Assembly (NCBI GenBank): GCA_963677895.2
Contig: CAXXGJ010000038.1
Coordinates: 544,001-608,000, forward strand
Direction: 5' to 3'
DNA length: 64,000 nt
Source: Treponemataceae bacterium
GTDB lineage: Bacteria > Spirochaetota > Spirochaetia > Treponematales > Rectinemataceae
Shown here piece after piece: positions 56,939-64,000 of this stretch; position 1 is the stretch's first letter; each line of letters starts with the position of its first letter. The translations under genes and the position numbers were made by a program. The notes under the pieces are model-generated. The model searched no databases, was not told the origin of the DNA, and saw nothing but the letters and a program-made list of their open reading frames with translations.

Positions 56939-57676
56939 ATGGAAGGTTATAGGAAGATCGAGAGAACAAGCGTCCCCGACCAGATTTTCGAGGAACTTAA
57001 GAAGTCGATCATCGCGGGGAAGTGGGAGCCCGGAGAATCCCTTCCCTCGGAGATCCAGCTAGCCTCCGAATTCGGCGTGAGCAGGATGTCGGTGAGAGCG
57101 GCCATCAAGAAGCTGGAAACCTTCGGGCTCGTCGAGGTCAGGATGGGCGAAGGCACCTACGTCATAGAGTTCAACCCGGCCGTCTTCCTGAAAGGTTTGA
57201 GCTCGATTTTTTCAAAACCCAAAAACGCCCTCGAAATTCTGGAATTCCGCAAGGCTCTGGAAATCGAATGCCTGAAGCTGGGGATAAAAAAGGCCGACGC
57301 GAGCGACATCGAAGCGCTTGAAAGCATTTTCGGCGAGTACTGGAACGCGCTTTGCGCGGAGGACTACAAGAAGACCGTCAGCTACGACTACAGGTTCCAT
57401 CACCAGGTTTTCCTGATGTCGAAAAACAGCCTGTTCATAGAAATCTACGAATCCATGTCCGAGCTTTTCTTCCTCCACCTCGGAGAAAACGAACAGCACT
57501 ATAGGGAGGCTTATGGCATCCCCACGCTGGCCGCGGGCTTGGACCATCACGGGAAAGTCCTGGAAGCCTTCAAGAACCGAGACCAGCGAGCCGCGGTGGA
57601 AGCCTTCACGAAAATGATAGAAGAGCTTGTTGTCGTCTACGAGCAAAAAATCGGCGTCGACCAGGTCTCCCCCTGA
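56939..57676 (+). CDS. GntR/FadR-family regulator
   Basis: LPSEIQL..FGVSRMSVR..GEGTYV; DYRFH. Confidence 0.88.
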   Translation: MEGYRKIERTSVPDQIFEELKKSIIAGKWEPGESLPSEIQLASEFGVSRMSVRAAIKKLETFGLVEVRMGEGTYVIEFNPAVFLKGLSSIFSKPKNALEILEFRKALEIECLKLGIKKADASDIEALESIFGEYWNALCAEDYKKTVSYDYRFHHQVFLMSKNSLFIEIYESMSELFFLHLGENEQHYREAYGIPTLAAGLDHHGKVLEAFKNRDQRAAVEAFTKMIEELVVVYEQKIGVDQVSP

Positions 57677-57749
57677 CCTCGTCCCGCTGGTCGCCGAAGA
57701 AAGAGAATTTTTATATATGGCTATCCAATCGACAAGGAGGAGAGAAGCA

Positions 57750-58952
57750 ATGAAGATCACAAGCGTGGATGTCATCAAGGTCCTGATAGGCCAGCCCAGC
57801 GTAAAGGGAACACCCTGGAATCCCATCTGCGTACGCGTCAACACCGACGAGGGAATCAGCGGTTTCGGCGAGGCTGGACTCTGCTATGGCAACGCGAACA
57901 ACGCGGCCTTCGGCATATGCAAGGATTTCGCCGAACTCATCATCGGCATGGATCCGATGAACATCGAGAAAGTCTGGAACAAGCTGCATCGCTCGACATT
58001 CTGGGGAATGGGCGGCGGCGGAGTAATCTTCTCGGGGATCAGCGCGATCGATATCGCGCTGTGGGACATAAAAGGAAAGGCGCTCGGCGTGCCCGTCTAT
58101 CAGCTCCTCGGTGGAAAGACGAACGATAAGCTCCGCGCCTACGCCAGCCAGATCCAGTTCGACTGGGGCAAGGAATGCCACGCGCTCTCCAAACCCGAAC
58201 AGTACGGCGACGCGGCTAGGAAGGCCATCGCCGACGGCTACAACTGCGTCAAAGTGGACCCGGTCGGCTTCGACCTCAAGGGCCGCTGGATGGGCTGGAG
58301 CAACTATGGAATCCTGGAATACGACCAGCTGAAGATCGCGGTCGATCGCGTGGCGGCGATCCGCGAAGCCGGCGGCCCCGCCCTCGACATCATCATCGAG
58401 CTCCACTCCCTCACCGACAAAAAGACGGCCATCCAGCTCGGCCGCGAGCTCGAGAAGTTCCGCTGCTTCTATTATGAGGAGCCGACGCAGCCGCTGAACC
58501 AGACCCTGTTCCGCGAGATCGCCGACAACGTTAAGATCCCGATGGCCACCGGCGAAAGATCCTACTCCCGCTGGGGCTTCCGCGAATTCTTCGAACAGGG
58601 TTCGGTCGGCATCATCCAGCCCGATCTCTGCAACACTGGCGGCATCTCCGAAGGCAAGAAAATCTGCGACATGGCCCACGTCTACGACGTCGGTGTCCAG
58701 ATCCACATCTGCGGCGGCCCGATCTCCACGGCCGCGGCGCTCCAGGTCGAGGCGGTCATCCCCAACTTCGTCATCCACGAACACCACGAAGCCGCCCTTC
58801 TCGACGCGAACATCAATCTCTGCAAGTACGATTACCAGCCCGTCAACGGCTACTTCAGCGTCCCCGAAAGACCTGGAATAGGCAACGAGCTGACGGACGA
58901 GACGATCGCGGCCAGTGAAGTGGTGACCATCAAGGCCAATCGCTGGGCTTGA
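57750..58952 (+). CDS. mandelate racemase/MLE family enolase-superfamily dehydratase
   Basis: TDEGISGFGE, SAIDIALWDIKGK, KVD, ELH, EEP, GER, QPD. Confidence 0.88.
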   Translation: MKITSVDVIKVLIGQPSVKGTPWNPICVRVNTDEGISGFGEAGLCYGNANNAAFGICKDFAELIIGMDPMNIEKVWNKLHRSTFWGMGGGGVIFSGISAIDIALWDIKGKALGVPVYQLLGGKTNDKLRAYASQIQFDWGKECHALSKPEQYGDAARKAIADGYNCVKVDPVGFDLKGRWMGWSNYGILEYDQLKIAVDRVAAIREAGGPALDIIIELHSLTDKKTAIQLGRELEKFRCFYYEEPTQPLNQTLFREIADNVKIPMATGERSYSRWGFREFFEQGSVGIIQPDLCNTGGISEGKKICDMAHVYDVGVQIHICGGPISTAAALQVEAVIPNFVIHEHHEAALLDANINLCKYDYQPVNGYFSVPERPGIGNELTDETIAASEVVTIKANRWA

Positions 58953-58978
58953 ATGGCGAAGACCACAAAGGAAATAGC

Positions 58979-60169
58979 ATGAAAATCACGAAAGTCGACG
59001 TGCTTCTTGTGGACGCTCCGGGGAATCCCATCTGGCACCCTATCCTCTGCCGCATCTACACCGACTCAGGCATCTACGGAGACGGCGAGGCTGCCGTAGC
59101 CTATGTCTCCGGCCAGACCGCGGCCTTCGGAATGATCCAGGATCTCTCGAAGATCATCATCGGCATGGATCCCCTCAAGAACGAAGTGATCTGGGACAAG
59201 ATGTACAAGACCACCTTCTGGGGACAGAACGGCGGTCCGATCGTCTTCTCCGGCATCAGCGCCATCGATATCGCCCTCTGGGACATCAAGGGCAAGTTCT
59301 TCAACCAGCCCCTCCATGTCCTCCTGGGCGGAAAGCGCAGGGACAAACTCAGGACCTATGCCTCCCAGCTCCAGTTCGGCTGGGACTGGAACGCCCAGAC
59401 TGGGATGGGCAAGCCCTCGCTCACGACCGAGGACTACGCCAATGTCTGCGTGAAGGCGATGGGCGAAGGCTACGACTCCGTTAAGATCGATTTCTTCACC
59501 TTCGGCCCGAACGGCGAGGCCTTCGGCGAGGACGAGCGCACCCGGATCATCCTTCCCAAATACATGCACATGATCGAGGACAGGCTCAAGGCGATCCGCG
59601 AGAAGTGCGGCTGGGACCTGGACATCATCATCGAGAACCACTCTTTCCTCGATGCCCAGGGCGCCGTCCAGGTTGGCCAGATGGCCGAGAAATACCGGAT
59701 CCTTTACTTTGAAGAGCCCAACACCCCCTCGCCCTACATGCAGAAATACATCGCCGAAAAGGTGAACATCCCCCAGGCATCCGGCGAGCGCATCTACTCG
59801 AGGTGGCAGTACGCGCCGTACTTCGAGAACAAGTCGCTGCAGGTGATCCAGCCGGACATCGGCAACTGCGGCGGGCTTACCGAGGCCAAGAAAATCTGCG
59901 ACATGGCCTACACCTACGACGTGAACGTCCAGGCGCATGTCTGCGCGAGCCCCCTGTCCACGAACGTGGCGCTCCACCTCGAGTCCGTGATCCCCAATTT
60001 CCTCATCCACGAGCACCACATCGCCAACCGCTGCGCGTGGAACGCCTGTCTTTCGAAGTACAATCCCCAGCCGGTCGACGGGTACTTCGAAGTGCCGAAC
60101 GAGCCTGGCATCGGCAACGAAATCTCGGAGCAGGCCTACAGGCAGGCCAAGGTCGTCACGATCAAATGA
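58979..60169 (+). CDS. mandelate racemase/MLE family enolase-superfamily dehydratase (paralogue)
   Basis: TDSGIYGDGE, SAIDIALWDIKGK, KID, ENH, EEP, GER, QPD. Confidence 0.88.
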   Translation: MKITKVDVLLVDAPGNPIWHPILCRIYTDSGIYGDGEAAVAYVSGQTAAFGMIQDLSKIIIGMDPLKNEVIWDKMYKTTFWGQNGGPIVFSGISAIDIALWDIKGKFFNQPLHVLLGGKRRDKLRTYASQLQFGWDWNAQTGMGKPSLTTEDYANVCVKAMGEGYDSVKIDFFTFGPNGEAFGEDERTRIILPKYMHMIEDRLKAIREKCGWDLDIIIENHSFLDAQGAVQVGQMAEKYRILYFEEPNTPSPYMQKYIAEKVNIPQASGERIYSRWQYAPYFENKSLQVIQPDIGNCGGLTEAKKICDMAYTYDVNVQAHVCASPLSTNVALHLESVIPNFLIHEHHIANRCAWNACLSKYNPQPVDGYFEVPNEPGIGNEISEQAYRQAKVVTIK

Positions 60170-60219
60170 TCTTTCAGGATGTCCCTTGCGGGCATCAATG
60201 TCGAAATCAGGAGGAATAT

Positions 60220-61341
60220 ATGAAGACTGGAACCAGAATCACCGCCATCGCGCTGGTGACCTTCTTGGCCCTCACGGGACTCGTGTCCAACGTCGCTGCC
60301 CAGAAACTAGATGTAACGGCCTTCGCGCTGTCCATCGCCACCCCCCTTTCAGCGGCCGATGAAGCCATCTGGAAAACGGTGGATGCAAAATCCACCAATC
60401 CCCAAAAAGTAATCTGGCGCCATGGCAACGTCACCGGAAACATGCTCGATTCGCCGAGCGTGCGCGGAGACAGGCAGTTCTTTCTCGAGATGAAAAGACG
60501 GCTCGGGGATAAGGTGGAATTCCAGTTCTACATGAATGGAAGCCTCGGCACGAGCGCCGACCAGATTCTCGGCGGCCTCCAGAGCAGGAATTTCGAGAGC
60601 AGCTCCTATAACATCGGAGCTTTCGCCGAATACACCAAAGCCTTCATGCCCCTCAATGTGATGTTCCTGGTTCCGAACCTCGATGCCGGCATAGCCATCG
60701 TCTCGGGTGAGCCCGGAAAGCTGATGAACGAAAAATGCATCAAGGACACGGGTTTGAATGTCCTGACTATGGGCTCGATCGGCATGCGCCACATCACCAA
60801 CAGCAAAAGGCCCATCGACCAGGTATCCGACATCAAAGGCCTGAAGATCCGCACACAGAACAACCCCCTCCACATCCTCGCCATGAACAAGCTCGGCGCC
60901 GCGGCCACTCCTATCGCTTACTCCGAGCTCTTCACCAGCCTCCAGCAGAAAGTGGTCGACGGCCAGGAGAACCCGATCGCCAACATCTTTGCCCAGAATT
61001 ACGCCGAAGTTCAGAAGTACCTGACCTTCACCAACCACCTCTACACCGCCGGCGCCCTCGTTGTGAACGACAAGTGGATCAAATCATTGAGCCCGGAATT
61101 CCAGAAGGCCATCGCCGAATCCGCGAAGATCGCCCAGGATTATTCCGGTCCCGAACTCAAAAAAACCGAAACGAAGATGATCGAGAAACTCAAGGAAAGA
61201 ATGACGATGAACGAGCTCAGCGCTGAAGAATTCGGAAAATTCAGGAAGCTGTCCATGGACACCTGGACCGAAGCGGCGAAGAGAATAGGCGTCGATTATT
61301 TCAATTCGATCAAGGACGCAGTCGCGAAGATGGGATACTGA
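60220..61341 (+). CDS. dctP: TRAP transporter substrate-binding protein
   Basis: Signal peptide; GMRHITNSKRPI, GLKIRT, ELFTSLQQKVVDGQENP. Confidence 0.9.
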   Translation: MKTGTRITAIALVTFLALTGLVSNVAAQKLDVTAFALSIATPLSAADEAIWKTVDAKSTNPQKVIWRHGNVTGNMLDSPSVRGDRQFFLEMKRRLGDKVEFQFYMNGSLGTSADQILGGLQSRNFESSSYNIGAFAEYTKAFMPLNVMFLVPNLDAGIAIVSGEPGKLMNEKCIKDTGLNVLTMGSIGMRHITNSKRPIDQVSDIKGLKIRTQNNPLHILAMNKLGAAATPIAYSELFTSLQQKVVDGQENPIANIFAQNYAEVQKYLTFTNHLYTAGALVVNDKWIKSLSPEFQKAIAESAKIAQDYSGPELKKTETKMIEKLKERMTMNELSAEEFGKFRKLSMDTWTEAAKRIGVDYFNSIKDAVAKMGY

Positions 61342-61465
61342 TCAACCTGCCGAACGTGAACCCGTACATGCTCGGGTTCACGGATCGCGGCGTTGAAGTT
61401 TGAAGCGATGAACGACAGGCGGCTGGCTGACAGTCAGATCGCCGCCTGCCGTCCGCTATAGGAAG

Positions 61466-61981
61466 GTGGCAATGACCGTCAAGAAATTCCTCAACGAATT
61501 CGAATTGTATACTGGCGCCGTGATATCCGGCGCCATGTTCGTGGTCCTGGGAATGCAGGTTGTCTCCAGATATGTTTTCAACCAATCGTTTTCCTGGTCG
61601 GAAGAACTCGCCCTCATTTTATTCGTATGGTCGATTTATTTCGGCGCCGTGGCCGCCGTAAAAAGACACCAGCACCTTCGCCTCGAAATCCTCGTCGACA
61701 AGCTGAATCCAAAAGCCCGCTTGGTCTTCGATCTTATCGCCAATTTCTTTTTCGCTCTTTTTTCCTGCGTCGTGATTGTTGGTGTGATGCCCATAGTCCA
61801 ACGACTGTTCAGAAGCGGAACCGCCACCGCCGTATTGAGCATCCCCAAATGGATCAACTACTCCGTGTTACCTGTGATGTTCGCCCTGATGTTCTTCAGG
61901 CTGATCCAGGACAGTATCGCGAGGGTAAAAAACTACAAGGCGGGACTAAACGCCGCCGGCAGCGCCAAACAAGGCAATTGA
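61466..61981 (+). CDS. dctQ: TRAP transporter small permease
   Basis: QVVSRY, WSEELA, HLR; 4 TM. Confidence 0.88.
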   Translation: MAMTVKKFLNEFELYTGAVISGAMFVVLGMQVVSRYVFNQSFSWSEELALILFVWSIYFGAVAAVKRHQHLRLEILVDKLNPKARLVFDLIANFFFALFSCVVIVGVMPIVQRLFRSGTATAVLSIPKWINYSVLPVMFALMFFRLIQDSIARVKNYKAGLNAAGSAKQGN

Positions 61982-61991
61982 GGAGCAAGGT

Positions 61992-63275
61992 ATGGCACCA
62001 TTAGTATTAGCGTTAGTCGCCGCCGGACTCCTTTTCATAGGCGTACCGGTCGGCATTTCCCTGGGACTCGGCATGATAGCCGTCGCGCTGGGTTTCGGCA
62101 CGACGAATCTCACCTTCCTGGCTCAGGGCATGTATTCCGGTTTCGAATCCCTGCCTTTGACAGCCATCCCCTGCTTCATGCTCGCCGGCGCCGTGATGGA
62201 GACGGGCGGCTTGTCGAAGCGGCTCGTCAATGTGGCGGACAAGGCCTTCGGGCATAACATCGGCGGTCTCGGAACCGTCACCGTCGTCGCCTGCCTCTTC
62301 TTCGGCGCCATCTCCGGATCGGGTCCCGCCACCGTCGCCGCCATCGGCGGAATCATGATTCCCTACATGGTGAAAGCCAAGTACGACAGGACCTACGCCA
62401 CCGGCCTTTCGGCCGTCGCGGGCGGTCTGGGCGTCATAATGCCGCCCAGCATACCGCTGGTTGTCTACGGCGTCGCCACCAACACCTCCATCGGCGACCT
62501 CTTCCTGGCGGGTATCGTGCCGGCTTTCATCGTCGCCTTCTGCCTGATAGTAGTGAACGTTTTCCTCTCCAAGAAGGCGGGCTACCTTGGAAATGGGACA
62601 CCCTTCAGCTTCAAAGAGCTGCTCAAGGCCACCTGGGACGCAAAATGGGCGCTCTTCATGCCGATCATCATCCTGGGCGGCATCTACGGCGGTATCTTCA
62701 CGCCGACTGAAGCCGCCGTCGTCGCCACGGTGTACGGCATCATCATCGGGCTGTTCGTCTACAAGGAACTGTCGCTCAAGGCCTGCTGGAAAATGCTGGT
62801 CGACAACACCTCGTTCGTGGGCGGCATCATGCTGACCTTCGCTCCAGCCGCCGCCATGGGCGCGGTATTGTCGCTGCTCGGCGTGCCGCAGTCGATCACC
62901 GCCTTCCTGTTTGGGATTTCCAGCAACAAGATCGTCATTCTCCTCATCGTGAACGTTTTCCTCCTCTTCGTCGGCATGGTCATGGATACCACATCGGCGA
63001 ACATCATCTTCTCGCCGATTCTCCTGGCCGCGCTTCTGCCGTACGGAGTGGACCCAGTTCACTTCGGCCTCCTGATGACGGTCAACCTGGCCATCGGTTT
63101 CGTGACGCCTCCCGTCGCCGCCAACCTCTTCGTGGCTTCGGGCATGACGGGCATACCGCTCGACAAGATTGTGCGGAAGGCATGGCCCTTCATCGCGGCG
63201 ATGTTCGTCGCCTTGATGGTGCTTACGTACATACCGGCGACCAGCATAGGGTTGTTGAAGTTGATGGGAAAATAA
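61992..63275 (+). CDS. dctM: TRAP transporter large permease
   Basis: AIPCFMLAG, GAISGS, MPPSIP, GIFTPTEAA, GVDPVHFG, TPPVA. Confidence 0.92.
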   Translation: MAPLVLALVAAGLLFIGVPVGISLGLGMIAVALGFGTTNLTFLAQGMYSGFESLPLTAIPCFMLAGAVMETGGLSKRLVNVADKAFGHNIGGLGTVTVVACLFFGAISGSGPATVAAIGGIMIPYMVKAKYDRTYATGLSAVAGGLGVIMPPSIPLVVYGVATNTSIGDLFLAGIVPAFIVAFCLIVVNVFLSKKAGYLGNGTPFSFKELLKATWDAKWALFMPIIILGGIYGGIFTPTEAAVVATVYGIIIGLFVYKELSLKACWKMLVDNTSFVGGIMLTFAPAAAMGAVLSLLGVPQSITAFLFGISSNKIVILLIVNVFLLFVGMVMDTTSANIIFSPILLAALLPYGVDPVHFGLLMTVNLAIGFVTPPVAANLFVASGMTGIPLDKIVRKAWPFIAAMFVALMVLTYIPATSIGLLKLMGK

Positions 63276-63296
63276 TCCAGGGGAAAATAGAGAATA

Positions 63297-63343
63297 GGGA
63301 AGCGATCCGATGGCAAGACTGCCGGATTGCTTCCCTTTTTTTT
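63297..63343 (+). terminator. rho-independent terminator
   Basis: GGGAAGCGATCCG...CGGATTGCTTCCC followed by a T tract. Confidence 0.75.
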
Positions 63344-63463
63344 ATACATACCTCCGCCGCGCTACACCTAGCCCTGCTCCTCTCGATTGACTAGCCTGCA
63401 CACCCTTCGGATTCCGATAAAATCGCCGATCGCCTCAATAAGATATAAAAAAATAAAAAAAGG

Positions 63464-63534
63464 TTGACATATACAAAAACCCAGTCTACTGTTCATCAAT
63501 CATGCATGATGCATCATATATTTTATGATGCATC
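63464..63534 (+). promoter_or_regulatory. promoter plus palindromic operator
   Basis: TTGACA-17-TACTGT, then GATGCATCATA-5-TATGATGCATC. Confidence 0.6.
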
Positions 63535-63551
63535 TAGAATAGGAGGATCTT

Positions 63552-64000
63552 ATGAAAAAGCTCTCTCGAAAGGTTTTCGTAGGCTTGATTCTGCTCATCC
63601 TCATAAACGGCAACGTTTGGGGACAGGGAAAAATCGACCCATCGAAGCCGATTAAAATTGCTCTCAGCGCCCCGTTCACAGGGCTGGGGTCGATCCTGGG
63701 CGACTACATCAAGCAGGGCGCTTTGCTCGCCATAGACGAGATCAACGCGGCCGGCGGAGTCGCTGGCGCGAAGTTCGACCTCGTGGTCTATGACGACCAG
63801 GCGAACGCGAGCACGGCGGCTACGGTCGTTCGCAGGGCGCTCTTCGACGACAGAGCAGTGGCAATATTCGGCCCGAACATGAGCGCGGCGGTCATCGGCG
63901 TACATACCCTCGCCCAGCAGGCCAAGAAACCCATGCTCGTGGGAGCCACCTCCCCTTCCTTCCGCTTCGACAAGGTAAAGAACGACTATCTATTCAGACT
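63552..64000 (+). CDS. ABC transporter substrate-binding protein, branched-chain amino acid (LivJ/K) family, partial
   Basis: Not in the ORF track; AGGAGG RBS; MKKLSRK...IKIALSAPFTG..G..LAIDEINAAGGVAG..YDD..YLFR, open to the window end. Confidence 0.85.
   Translation, partial: MKKLSRKVFVGLILLILINGNVWGQGKIDPSKPIKIALSAPFTGLGSILGDYIKQGALLAIDEINAAGGVAGAKFDLVVYDDQANASTAATVVRRALFDDRAVAIFGPNMSAAVIGVHTLAQQAKKPMLVGATSPSFRFDKVKNDYLFR

Noticed and set aside
61345..61452. Hairpins between dctP and dctQ as a novel element
   Set aside because: Stem-loops after binding-protein genes are a common mRNA stability/stoichiometry feature

Overview
GC-rich bacterial chromosomal segment. Gene style (spirochaete-type ParC/ParE, GH57-DUF4912 pair, PcnB) suggests an anaerobic free-living spirochaete such as Rectinema/Treponema relatives; this is inference. 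Contents in order: partial GH57 branching enzyme, DUF4912, pcnB, lysophospholipase, tsaE-tsaB, GNAT, tRNA-Met, lipA plus a split lipoate ligase, a sensor kinase/HD-GYP pair, a queuosine-precursor transporter, tRNA-Asn, parE-parC, an hfs-type sensory [FeFe]-hydrogenase operon, a pantothenate ECF transporter with coaX, a U32 protein, a four-gene radical-SAM cassette, a P-type ATPase with a GbsR/MarR regulator, a DUF6305/permease/peptidase cluster next to poly-gamma-glutamate genes pgsBCW, two disrupted genes (D-cysteine desulfhydrase-like with an in-frame TAG; xylA with a +1 frameshift), xylB, a GntR-regulated enolase-superfamily/TRAP locus, and a partial ABC binding protein. The standout is the cassette at 30429-35068 (minus strand): an integral membrane protein ending in a cytoplasmic (C-H-S-A)n tail with 9 Cys in i,i+4 register is translationally coupled to a radical SAM/SPASM enzyme with an RRE-like N-terminus. 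This looks like a RiPP-type modification system acting on a membrane protein. No mobile elements or CRISPR arrays were seen.
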